Source: Adineta vaga (Eukaryota; Animalia; Rotifera). From it: 64,000 nt of DNA. Positions 39,906-52,313 of this stretch are shown here, piece after piece (position 1 is the stretch's first letter; each line of letters begins with the position of its first letter). The position numbers and the translations under genes are program-made. The notes beneath the pieces were generated by a model. The model worked only from the letters and a program-made list of their open reading frames with translations. It did no database searches and was not told where the DNA came from. The stretch spans positions 13,516,001-13,580,000 of the forward strand of contig CP075497.1 in the NCBI GenBank assembly GCA_021613535.1. Direction: 5' to 3'.

Positions 39906-41362
39906 CATAGAAATACTTTCATTAAAGATATGGAAAGCCGGTGAAAACAAATTTCCCGTTGATGCAATCAATATATGAATTAGGTTTCTTTTATGTCGTA
40001 GTTTATGAAAAGTTTCAGAATAAACTTCTTTCGCCAGTATATATATACAATTTTTTTTGCTTAATTTTGTACGAAGCAATGAAACTAAAATGATAAATTA
40101 ATCTATTCGCAGTTATATTCATGAACGATACAACTGTAAATCATATAAAAAACGGTTCTATATCACGTTGTTCTAATGATGCATGTTAATTAATCTACAC
40201 GTCTGTTAATAAATCTGGCATGTCAAGCAATTCAAATAAATTGAGAATATCTTCTTGATGCTAATGAAAGCACAGAAATCAGAAAAATTATATTGTCGAA
40301 TAACTTCGACGATTATAAGAGATGAAAGGCTATCAAAACAGAATCATAAAGAATATATAATAAGTCATTTCAAGATATTCCGAGTTGTTTAACTACATAA
40401 AATATATTTAATGTCAATGGTTCAGTCGAGGGTTAAGCGAGTCACTCTTGACGAGCGTTATTTATCTTGTAATCATACTTTTTTAAACTTCTGTCATTAT
40501 ATTTGTATTATTATTTCAGTACATCAAAAGATCTTTATAAAAAATGAGACTTGAATGAAAAAATAGAAACTTTGTTCTACTAATTGCGACGAGACACCAA
40601 TGAGATTGCCATTTTTATCTGAATCTTCATATAGAAATGCGATAATAATATTTCTATCGTGATATATTATTTTTTTATTCTATACATCAGATGAAATTCA
40701 TTTAAGGTCTTGTATCTTAATTTTGTATTATTAAGAACGATGGATAGGTAATGATTTTATCGATTTTGTCTGTTCGAATGAACGCATATATAATTTTATT
40801 CTGTGAAAATATCTGATGACGTTCATTCTCTTAATTCATAAACTTTTTTCTTACAGAACTTCTTATTTTGTCCTTTAACTGCTATCGGTCGCAAACAAAC
40901 TACTATCAGTATGAATCTTTTTAGATAGTTTGTTTTTAGCAAAAGTTTTAATTATTCTTGAATTTATTATTAATGATTTTATTAAAAGCTTATTATACAC
41001 TTATTTTACTGGTAGATTTGACTAAGATGACATACTTTTCAGGAACGAGTCGATAAAGAACTTTTAGACGTGGTAAGAAAAGTTTTGTCTGTATTTATAA
41101 ACAGCTTTGGACATATTCTTTGCTAATTTCAAAATTTTTCCAGATGTAAAAATTGCCACCAATTACTTTATGGTAGTCCGTTTTAGATTTTTGAAAAAAA
41201 TTTTCTCAAATTGTAAGTATTTAGAAAATGTATTTAATGCAGACGATGTCGCTCATCTGTTTTACTCATTACTTATATGGAAAGTCCTCACTCACTGTTC
41301 AGTAGTTTTTGTTAGTCATCACGAATATTATGTTTGATATAAGTGTCGATCACACTTACATA

Positions 41363-41731
41363 CAGTGGTAGCGCGAAGGGATCAGAGCAGAGGGAGATTT
41401 CAAAATTTCGAGACTTGATAAAAAAAATTTTTGTTTCATCTCAAACTACCACTTCATAAGGTTTGGCTCCGCATTTTTCCCGAAAAAACAAAGTTGAAGA
41501 GCAAAAAAAGGTTTTTTCTCGACTTCTAATGCCTCCGATCGCCTACCATTTAAATAAATTTCGTTCTTGCCCACATTCATCGGACCTCAACTGATATTTC
41601 TCTCCAAAATCAGAGAAACATCGGTCACCAAACTTTTCAAACATTGGAAGAAAATCAAGACAAATTTGAGATAAAGCGTGGTAAACTTGGGAGTCAAAGC
41701 AGAGATCCCTCCCCCGGTCGCGCCGCGGCTG
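41363..41731. mobile_element. hAT-like MITE
   Basis: Imperfect TIRs CAGTGGTAGCGCGA / TCGCGCCGCGGCTG; flanks CTTACATA and CATACAGA (6/8 match) fit a decayed 8-bp TSD. Confidence 0.65.
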
Positions 41732-42264
41732 CATACAGACACCAGATTGGCTATTTATCATAATCATTGAATCTACTGTATGCGATGACGAAATTGTCAG
41801 TTTTAAAAACCAGATTCAATATGACACTTTGATGATGCTGTTAATAAAAAAAAGAATTTTACATTATTAACGCTTGATTCTTCCATACAGGCAATTTTCT
41901 TCTATAATAACAGTTGAGTTAGTTTCAATGGATTTAAAATTAGAAGAAAATTTAATGAACGAACGATCAAAAGGTATAAACGATAAGGAAATCAGGCGTT
42001 CATATTAAAAATAATCTAATGAATATAACATTTAAAATATATTCTCCGAAAAGTGTTTTCTCTCCTATCAAGATATGCTCAAGTATACAATATGAGAAAA
42101 GCATTTGAGTGACATCCCTACTGTCTGGAAAAAGAAAAAGAAGAAATAGCTTTCATTTATTATCCTGATTATTCAAAGTTGCATAGTTTGTTGAAGAAGA
42201 ATGAGTTGTAGTTCTGTGTATCATCGGATATTTTTCTTCAAGAGTCAGTCACTCCATACATTCC

Positions 42265-43308
42265 ATGTGCTATGCTCTAATCAATAGATTTACTATCAGT
42301 CAATGCACTGAGTTAGTTTGTTTGTTTTCTTTTTTCATTCTAGTTTTTAGATTATCCTTGATTACAATGGTAGTTGCATATTTCATTCGTTTTTGGCTTC
42401 TTCTTATACCACTAATTCCATCTATTATAGTTTCCATCTTTAATCTTTATCATCTTCTTAGAAGTCGAACACTTCGCACAGCTCTTAACAATCATGTTAT
42501 TATTCTTCTGTTAATCTGTGGACTTTTCGCGGAACTTACTACTATTGTGTTATTAGTTCATTTATATCGCACTGGTACTGCTCTATCATCGACACGTGAA
42601 TTTTGTCTAGCATGGTGTTTGGTTAATTTATTTGGTGTTATATCCGTTAGCCTTCTAATGGCTTGGGCATCGATTGAACGACATATTCTCATTTTTTATT
42701 CGAGATGGTTTGCAACAAAAACTAAAGTTCTTTTCTTTCATTTTCTCCCTTTGGCAATATGTATTTTGTGGCCAGTAGCATTTTATCTTGTCTTTTACTT
42801 AACAGTACCTTGCAATTCTCCTCTCGATTACACTGCATCTGTATGTGCCCTATACGTGTGTCTTTTTCTTAGTCCAAAGATAAGTTTATTTGATAGTATT
42901 GCTCATTATATTATGCCGACATTTATTGTTGTATTATTTAGTATTGCTCTGTTGATACGTGTTTTGTATCAGAAATATCGTATGCGTCAAAGAATTGAAT
43001 GGAGAAATTACAGGAAAATGGCAGTGCAATTGTTACCGATATCTGCTCTGTATCTTCTGATATCATTTCCACCAATGATTTTGTATACTGCATATTCAGC
43101 TGGTCTACCACCTTATGTTGCTGCTGATTATTTTCTTGATGGTTCCTTCTTTTTTTATTGGGTCATAATCTTTACTCCATTTGCGAGTGTTCTCTCATTA
43201 CCTGAATTGAAAGTAAAATGTAAAAATACCTTCCTATTTTGGCAACGTAATCGAGTTGTTCGTACACAAGTTTTGCCCATGAATCGTCTACAAGCTGGTC
43301 AAACCTAA
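42265..43308 (+). CDS. Class A (rhodopsin-like) 7TM GPCR
   Basis: Seven hydrophobic segments, LNNHVIILLL, LMAWASIERHILIF (ERH in place of DRY), FPPMI, PFA. True start uncertain (possible intron near 42310-42350 or ATG at 42367). Confidence 0.85.
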   Translation: MCYALINRFTISQCTELVCLFSFFILVFRLSLITMVVAYFIRFWLLLIPLIPSIIVSIFNLYHLLRSRTLRTALNNHVIILLLICGLFAELTTIVLLVHLYRTGTALSSTREFCLAWCLVNLFGVISVSLLMAWASIERHILIFYSRWFATKTKVLFFHFLPLAICILWPVAFYLVFYLTVPCNSPLDYTASVCALYVCLFLSPKISLFDSIAHYIMPTFIVVLFSIALLIRVLYQKYRMRQRIEWRNYRKMAVQLLPISALYLLISFPPMILYTAYSAGLPPYVAADYFLDGSFFFYWVIIFTPFASVLSLPELKVKCKNTFLFWQRNRVVRTQVLPMNRLQAGQT

Positions 43309-44089
43309 AACAACGCATTAATTATTTTTCATTGAACATGAAAAGAAATGATCAGTAAAGAATCAAACAAGCCTTAGCAAAGATCAATGTTGTATACTGT
43401 AATGTCACTGTGTTATTAGAAATATCGGTGTTGTAAGCTTTTTATATTGTCTTATCTGCTGTTGTTCTGTCAATAAATTGTTCTTCATGTATCTTCAATG
43501 ATGACTTATATAGAAGAAGAACAAGAGTTTAGAAAAAAATTTAGTTAAACGAGCTTTTGATCTAATGTTTGGATAAATATTTAATAAGCATATCAATGCG
43601 AAATTCGATTGCTTATAATTATCGTTGACAAACAATCTATTATCTTTATAATCACGTCCTGGAGAATAATGGTTAAATTCTTGTATTCAAAATCCATGAT
43701 TCCTTAGTAAAATGCATATATTGAGCATCTTTGAATTATTTTCCACAAGAAGGTAGTGTACTTGAATATTCCAATTCATAGTAAATAATATAGATAATTA
43801 TGCTACACTTTGCACTTTGTTATTACTTTCGTGCCAGACATTTTTAACCGATTCATTCATAGCTGCGATATTACCAGCAACAGGATTACTTTCACCGTGA
43901 AAATTCAACATAAAAATAAATGTAACCGATATTTTAGTAGTGTTAGATATTACCAGCATTTGAATGTATATTTGTGAATGAGAATAAATTTTAAATGGCA
44001 GCTTCATTGTCTTCATTCTATTCACAAGAAGGAGTTTTCTTGCCTTTTCGAGTTGTGCTTCTATCAGTACCTCACGCCAATCAAACATT

Positions 44090-44142
44090 GAGGGGGTGGT
44101 TGTGGATACGTAAAGAGAAGATGGATCTACACCCACACCCAC
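44090..44142. repeat. Mini-element with head-to-head telomere-type repeats (locus E)
   Basis: GAGGGGGTGGTTGTGG - ATACGTAAAGAGAAGATGGATC - TACACCCACACCCAC. Confidence 0.65.
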
Positions 44143-44699
44143 GTAGTTTCTACTCAGAACAATGAACAAAATACAGAATATTAGTTCTCTATCATATAAT
44201 AACAAATAACGATTATGTATTTCAATAAGTTGTGAAAATAAATAATTTTTATTCTATATGTCACATTGTCGTCTTCGTCTCAATTTTTCTTAGTGTAATT
44301 CAACTTTCTTTAGTAGAAAGAAGTGACAGTTTATTTTTTAGAAATGTGTTTACAATGTTATGAAATGTAGACAATAATGACGACATTAATTCTAAAATAA
44401 TTTTATATCACATTGATAGCTGAAGATGATGAGCATGTGATTAGAGGAAAGAATATACCCTTATATTCACATTCTCAAGTTACTGATCATTTCAATTATT
44501 ATATCAATCACTTTTAAAAATAACAGACGAATATATTTCGTATAAAGTGATTTAATAGAAATTATTTCTAATATTATAGAAAATCCATATAGAATTATAC
44601 GCATAATCAGGAGTAGAACATTAATGTGAAAATCGAACAGTTCTATTTAAATGTTTTTTGTAATGAAAGAAGTTTTTCAAGCGTTACTTTAAAAACCGA

Positions 44700-45385
44700 T
44701 CATGCCGCTTGTTGATTAAATTTATCCACAATATCAAGTATATTAACATTTTCTATAATGCTTGTATTTCTTTCCATATACAATGAGCAGTATATTGTAT
44801 AACATTTCTTAAACGTTTACATTCATTTTCGGCGATAAAATTTCTTATATTTCTTATATCTTCTGAATACCGATAATCTTCACGCATATTTGCAAATGAT
44901 TCACAAAAAAGAGTCGTTGTTAACAATTCATATTGCGATGGATAATAGTAACGAATAAAATCTCGACTTTCTTTCAAAAAAAGTCCTCTCAATTCTGCAT
45001 GAGTAGCAAATAGTGGATTAAGTTTAATCGGATATTTTTCACTAATTTATGCAACTTTTTCATTAATCACTTTCGGTCTTCTTCCTCAGAAATGCCAATG
45101 AATACTATTATAATCTGAAACATGTGGATCAAAACTATAACGTTCTTGTTCACCGTTTAATGATACCATATAGAATGTTTATACCAACTATGTAACGTTG
45201 AAAATCTTGTAATATCTTTATCAGGTGTATGACGACTGTATGATACATATTGTTTCACTCATTTTCGAAGACGAATATTACAATCAAAAAGAGACTGAAA
45301 AGTTTCTGCTGGTTTCAAATAACTAAAAATATCAACAATTAATTCATTCGATAAACACTCAAATGTTGAAATGTTTGACAAGATA
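44700..45385 (-). pseudogene. F-box protein remnant
   Basis: STFECLSNELIVDIFSYLKPAETFQSLFDCNIRLRK* followed by broken frames. Confidence 0.55.
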
Positions 45386-46186
45386 TTGTAATATTTTTAT
45401 ATAGAAAATCTGATCTTTTCTTGTGCAAGAAATATGAGTCATGTATATTAACTAAGTTTTATGAATCATTTCATTTCACTCATATCAGAAAAAATAGAAT
45501 TGAAGTTATATCGATTAAATTTCTCTCTCCTTCTTCAATAATAAACATGAAGAAAGATATAGAATGAAGCAGATTCAGCTGACTGAAATACTAAAGATTG
45601 CATTCATATTTTTTCTTTATTCTGTTCTTTTTTCATGTATTTTGTGAAAATAAAAAATACTACCTTTACTCTTCTTTGAACGTTGTTTTTATTGTAAATG
45701 TAAATTCTTTTTTTCTTTTTCACATTTTCATTATCGCTCAACAAATAACGAATCTCTAAATTGACAATGCATGCATATGAGAATACTTTATGATGTTAGC
45801 AGAAATAATCAATATAATTCTTAGTCATTCTACTATATTAGTCTTGATTAGACGTATTTTTAATGAATTTAATGGATATGACTAATGATCATTCTGACAC
45901 AAAGAATGTTTTTAGTATCAATAGAAGATGTTATTCATCCGATAAACGAAAAAATATGAATATAATGATACTTCACATGATGACGAGTGTCGATGAGATT
46001 TAAAAAAAGACAGCCACACTCACTCCTAAAATAACTATCTACCTTTTTACATAGCTCATAACGATGAAATCATCTAATACACTGGAAAAAACCAATGACA
46101 GAGATAAAAAACAATGAAGACAAGTAAATACAAGTGTAACAGAACATAAATATCATTAACGACATAAATTTATTTCATTCATACAA

Positions 46187-46694
46187 TTGGCCTCCGCAGA
46201 AATAACGTGTCTGTCGTGAAGAATATCACGCAGGATGAACTTCGACATATATGTCAATTACGTCGTCCTTTCCCTTCTGAATGGTCATCACCACATAAAG
46301 AGTATCAATCAGTCTATCAACGTTCATGTCTCCTTGGTCATACGGAGATCGTATACAATGTATATTAAATGCTCGCATTATTAAAGTGGATCAAAAAGTT
46401 AGCGATGGAGATTCGAGATCAACTATGCGTGGAGCATTTCTTTTTGTCTGTCAATCACGCTCAGTGTCAACAATTTTAGCTTTACTCACCGCAGATGCAC
46501 CGATCGATAAGCTAGGTTCATATAATCTTGACTATTTCTATTCTTTTATGCCTGATATTCCGCAAAGTCGTTTATTAATGGACTTTAGATGTATACCCAC
46601 TTGGGAAAATCTCTATCCGATTCACTTGGCTATTGTTGATAATAGCATTGAACTCGTTCAGAAATTGATCACATTCAATACAAACAAGTTATAA
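46187..46694 (+). pseudogene. Ankyrin-repeat gene 5' fragment
   Basis: LYPIHLAIVDNSIELVQKLI ankyrin motif; upstream frames broken. Confidence 0.45.
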
Positions 46695-47261
46695 TGTTGA
46701 CCTGCTTGATATTCGCCTTAGAAATTTTTTCTGAACGATTACAAAGGTACTATCTACTTCTGTCAATGAATACTATGATGATGATGCATAGTTAAAAGTA
46801 TACTAAATAATATTTAGTAATTTTATTATTGAGCGTTTAAAATTTTATAAGGGCAAAAAAAATCAAGTTTTCAACACTTCACACAAATTGAAAAAGGACA
46901 AAGAAAAGGTAGAGCGATCTCATTTAAATAAAGATCTTATAATTGACCTCTTTCACGATTCAGAGTGCAATAAATATCGTATAGTGAAATAGTATAAATA
47001 CTGATAGATCATACGAAATTTAGAGCATAGATATCTTTATTTATCTGAACCCATATTATATTACTCTCACCATCAGCTCACTTAATTTAAACAACTTCAT
47101 CATATGATGAAAGTAGATGAAGATTAGTGAGATCTGAGATGACTTTTCTTAAATATTACGTGATAATATAATAAAAACAAATGAGAGTTCGAATAGAGAT
47201 CACTAGATTGCCTTTTTGTTTCCTTTTCGAAATTAGGACTAATCAAGCAAAAAGCGCGAAC

Positions 47262-47535
47262 TACCCATGTAAACACCAGACGCAGGATAAACGCGTTGAG
47301 CCGCGTATGATTTTGAGATTCGCATCTAGACGCAGTTTAAACTCAATTTTATCGCGTTCAAACGCGTATCTGTGTACAATCGCGTCTAAACGCAAAACAA
47401 ATAATTTTTACTTGCATGTAGACGCAGTTTCTTGTAAGACCGCGTTCAGATGCGTCTAAGAACGTTTTCGAAATGCATCCGGACGCAACTGAAAACATTT
47501 CAAATGCGTTTAGTTTTCTAAAGTGCGTCTCAACG
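47262..47535. mobile_element. One end of a MITE rich in GACGCA/AACGCG repeats
   Basis: Starts TACCCATGTAAACAC; more than ten GACGC/AACGC motifs in both orientations; no opposite end seen. Confidence 0.5.
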
Positions 47536-48021
47536 CAATTGCTTCTAGTAGTTTACGTCAATTTTCTCTCTGAGAACACTGATTATCTGTCTTTTAAGTA
47601 TGTTCAAACAGCTTTCTCTGTCGAAAGACGTTCAAATGCAAAATATGTTAAGTCAAATACAGGATAATTAGATGATGTCGTTTATATGTGTTTAAAAATA
47701 TTCTCAGCAATCAATTGATATCTGTTTTTTAAATAAAATCTCTCGAAATTTATAGTTAAAACTCATCAGTCGAATGTATCTGACTTATACAAATTTCATT
47801 CAATAATTATAATTGTAAAAATATCTCAAATATAATTACAGAGAAAGAGAAGACAGCAAGACATACTATTTTATTTGAAATTATCTGATTATTGTTAGAA
47901 AAAAAATAAAACAAAGTGTTGTATTTTCCTCATAAATAGAAGCGAACATCATCATATTCTTTTATTCAAGTTCGAAAGTATGTAGTCAACTAGATACCCT
48001 TTTGAATAAGAATATCTTTCG

Positions 48022-48070
48022 AGTAAGTATAGCTCAGTGGTATATGTTCAAGACTTCTGATCGATGGTTC
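48022..48070 (+). pseudogene. 5' half of a tRNA-like or SINE-head sequence
   Basis: A box TAGCTCAGTGGTA then AAGACTTCTGATC; no T arm before the next insertion. Confidence 0.3.
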
Positions 48071-48074
48071 ACAT

Positions 48075-48240
48075 TAGGCATGCAACAGTGACGGTGGCCA
48101 CCGATTCACCGGTCTATCAGCTCGAGCGGTGAAACCGTATTACCGTTCACCGATCCACCGCCACCACTGACCTCACCGGATCAGCGGTCCACCGATTCAC
48201 CGGCTCACCTGTCCACCAGTTTACTGATTCACTTGTGTCA
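48075..48240. mobile_element. hAT-like element end with subterminal repeats
   Basis: TAGGCATGCAAC start; repeated CCACCGATTCACCGG / TCACCG motifs. Confidence 0.45.
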
Positions 48241-49750
48241 TCTTGTAACTAACCAATTAATGTTTTAAAACCCTTCATAAACACATTTTTGAAATATTTT
48301 TGTCGATTTATGTCGAGAAAATAAACCTATTTCTTATATGAACTAGTAAATACCTAAATTTAATTATGTTTTAAGACATTAAAATGTAAATATGAATTAA
48401 CCGAAAGCTAGAACACATCAGTTAGTCAAATGATTAAATCTTGATTGATTGGACATTTTGGTTGGTATTAATTTAGATCAATAATCATGACAAAATTAGG
48501 TTGCTCATTTCAACTCAACATCATGTATATCCAATAAAGGTTTCTATAAATATTATTATCCAACAGTTGATGGGATATTCAATTTTTTATGCATATTATA
48601 TAAGTCTATTAAATAGTGGATATAAACGCAATATAATTACTGTTATTCAAGTATCCTTCTCGCCTGTAATCAAATTAGATATTATTATTGACGTCGGTTT
48701 ACCTTAATCACATTTCTTCTATGTGAATTAAATTTTCGCTTCAGTTTTTAGTTCTAAGCTGTGTATTGATACATAATTTTAGTTTGATCTTATAAACTTT
48801 GAAATATAAACATATTTAATGAGAAATAGTTTATTCAGAAATTGACAATATGTTAGTATTCTATGATAAAATGCTTTAGTTTAACAACATCTTCGACTGC
48901 TACACTTATACTTATTGTTTTCTCTTCTCACAAGTCAAACAATCAAAAGTAATAAACTCATGATTTTGATTATTACGAACCTAAATGATTATTAATTATT
49001 TTCTTAAATAATTTAATCTTCTATTTCTATTATATTTCAGTAAACGTGTTACATAATAACCTTCGTATGTTGTTATGATTGCTATTCTATAGGTTCTTTT
49101 TCTCCTTTATCTTTTTCGTATCCATCTCTTTTCCATGTATTAGTATTTGTTAGAGTATATCATACGATATCATCTCGTCCGTGTCTTTATCCTTTCTGTA
49201 TATATATATATGCACATACAGCGAGTGACTTTCATTCGACTATAGTTTTCTCTTTCGTTCTTATTATCTTTGTACATCTTATCCTTGCTCTTCTTTATTT
49301 CCACGTGTTCTCGCTTTTTAATTATTCAAATGAAGATTATAAGACGACGAACTTTACAATCTATGTCTTTTTTTCATCTCCTTTTCACTGGGTATATGGT
49401 AATAAATGGATCACTTGCGTGGTTTTCTTCGTATCTTCAATCATTCATATACTTTTCTAATGAGAAATTTTAACAAGACGTTGAAAAGCAACCTTTTGAG
49501 ACAAGACTGTTAAATTATTACTCTCATTTAATATTTGCTACATATATGGGTATATATTCATATGCAAATTCTGTTCAACCTATTCTTACTATATATGCAC
49601 ATTTCATCGATAGAATTTAGAATTTTTATTGTCCACACGCACATGATTCTCTTTCAGAGTATTGATCTTTAAAAGTCCTCTTTTTTTAGAAAAAGCATAC
49701 TCAACGAGTGTTCACAGGACGTATGATATTTGTTTTGCATTGCACATAGT

Positions 49751-50786
49751 CAAGCTTGCCAAATGAAAATTTTAGAAATCAGGAATTTTTGAAAAGAAAT
49801 CAGGAGTTTATCAGGAGGTTTTCTTTAGATATTCAAGAACGTTTATATAATTTTTACTGTACAAGTTACGCTCATCTAAAAACTTGCTCAAGTGTTTCTG
49901 GTAGAATCTATGTTCTTCACTGTTACTGAATTTTTTATTCATCTAGTTTGCAAAAAATTGACCTTATATTCGAGTTGCACGACTTCAACTATTCGTCGGT
50001 GAATCCTTACCAAAAATTATTATTTTTTTGTAGAAGGAAAGATGTTTTTTTATCCAAAACAATAGGATCTATTCTTTTCAAACTATTGTCAAATCCAGAT
50101 TTCCTATCTTCTATCATCCTTTAGTCAAGTATTAGGTTAAATGGTCTCTTTTGTTTTTATTTATCTTCCGATTAATCAGCGAAATGCGATCACTAAACAA
50201 GTAAATAGTTTATTCTTGCAAAAATTCTTTTCTATATTTATTCTATGAATAATTATTAGCAAATGAATATTAATTTCTCGATTAATATAGAACAAAACAT
50301 AAAGCAGAAAATATGTAATTAAGTAATTACACTACTAAATTGGTGACTTTTTTCAATGAGATTATATTTCTCTGACGATCGGATTTCTCCGAGTATATTC
50401 GATTTAGTAAACACATAAACATAAAACTGTAGATGTCAGATCGATATTCATATAGTTTGAAATTCTACTTCAGCTAAATCATGTATCATCTTGTTTCTGA
50501 TTGTTGTCAAAAAAAACATCATGTATCTAAAAACAGATTTAGAAAAAGCATTACACACAGAAATAGTCAATAAAAATCTATTGAATTCTGATTATTTTCT
50601 CGTTTTCTCCACCAAATTTGTATAAACGAGAAAGTGTCTGTAAATCTCGACTAAGGAAAAGCAAAAATCAGGAGAAATCAGGAGAAAATGATGAAAATCA
50701 GCTCCTGATTTCAGGAGATTTTCAATCAGGAGAAAAGGTAAAAAACCAGGAGACTCCTGATCAAATCAGGAGGTTTGGCAGTCCTG
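49751..50786. mobile_element. Non-autonomous hAT-like element
   Basis: Ends CAAGCTTGCCAAA / TTTGGCAGTCCTG with clustered ATCAGGAG motifs near both ends; no TSD; right end cuts the RTE-like ORF. Confidence 0.65.
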
Positions 50787-52150
50787 GTTCTGTCATTGTT
50801 TTTACTATTTTTCTCAGCCGTTTATAGTTTTTATGACATTTGGACTCCATACTCGAGCCACGATTATTTTGCCATTCGACAAAGGCTATTGATTTTTGGT
50901 CAATAACTTTTAGAATATCGTTTGTTAACCATTCTTTCCTTTTTCGGTTTGTATTTTTGTCTACTGGAAAGTGATATTTAGCCTTTTCTTGTATTTGTGA
51001 CAAAAACTGTTCGTATCTCTGATCAATGCTGATTGTGCCATCTTTTGTATTATCAAGTATACCTTGAAGATCTTTTTGAAACGCCTCTAGTAATTTGTCA
51101 TCTTTTAGCTTAGCACTATCGACGTTTATTTTTTTCTTGTTACTATTTTTTCTTCTGCTTTTCAGATGTATTTTGATTTTAACACGCATTAGATGGTGGT
51201 CAGTCCCTATTGCACCTGTTGCCCCTCTGAGCATTCGGACATCTTCAACACTTGATCTGAACTTTTTATTTACAAGTGCATAGTCAATCATGTGCCATTT
51301 TTTATTTCTTGGATGCATCCACGATGTTTGATGCATTAATTTATGTTCGAAAAATGTGTTAGAGATTATGATGTTGTTAATCTCACAAAAGTCGATAAGT
51401 TTTGTTCCATTTTCGTTTTCTATATCGACTGTGAATGATCCTATACTGCTTCTTATCACGTGTTGATGTCGTTTTTGCTGATCGTCGCCAACTCTCGCAT
51501 TTAGATCACCCATAATGATGATCATGTCTTTTGTTGATACATCGTTCAATGTATCTTGTAAATCGTTATAGAATTTATCACTTTCATCACTCATTTGTTT
51601 AGTTATTGGATTAATAGGAGAATAGACTGCAATAACAGTGATGTGTACTGGTGCACAGTAGAGTCGAATTTTTATAATTCGTTCATTTATTGGTACCCAT
51701 TCGCTCCCTGACTCCTTCCAAACCTTTGTGGCAATCGGATTGAGACAGATTGCCACACCATGAGCTTTTCGTGTTTTACTGTCGTGAGGTGCCCCTGAAT
51801 AGAGCATGGTGTAGTCGCTTACTAGTTTTATACCGGAATCAAACATACACGTTTCACTCAGTGCGGCTATTTGTATTTGATATTTTTTTAATTGTTTGAT
51901 TATTATTTCCCTCTTTGATTGCTTTGTACAAGATCTAACGTTCCATCCGCCGAAGAAGACATGATTTTGCGCATTAACGCATCTATAATGTTTCCTTTCG
52001 TTAGCAAGTATTGTTTAATGTCCAGCTAGAGATTGCTAGCCTCATGACCAGACGTTTGGCTACTAGCAGCCCAGGGGCGCCCCCTACAACCACTCGAGAG
52101 CAGTCGTAGGACCGTGTGAAAGTTAACAACTTCTCTAGCAGGTGGGCTTT
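50787..52150 (-). mobile_element. 5' portion of an RTE-like non-LTR retrotransposon (APE endonuclease; RT missing)
   Basis: GWNVRS, IAALSET, AVYSP, IIMGDLNARVG, NENGTKL, MIDYALV, GTDHHL; GC-rich structured leader 52001-52150. Confidence 0.9.
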
Positions 52151-52313
52151 TTAGAGTTACATGGTTATTATGATTTTTCTCATTTCCTCACATAGAAAGA
52201 GTATTCGCTCAATGATTTAATGGCAAAATGTGTTTCAAATGAATAAGTGAATTTCTGTATCTTTTCATCATAAGTATACCACTGTAACAAACGTTCTGCT
52301 AACAGCTTTTTTT

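Noticed and set aside
46011-46028. CAGCCACACTCACTCC as another telomeric mini-element (also ~30058-30072)
   Set aside because: Only one degenerate arm.
47270-50780. Short repeated motifs (GACGCA, CCACCG, ATCAGGAG) as CRISPR-like arrays
   Set aside because: Irregular spacing, both orientations, no constant repeat-spacer period; typical transposon subterminal repeats in eukaryotic DNA.
52128-52165. Twister-like TAACTCTA...AAGCCC...TAGAG on the minus strand
   Set aside because: Interior too short for P4 and both pseudoknots.
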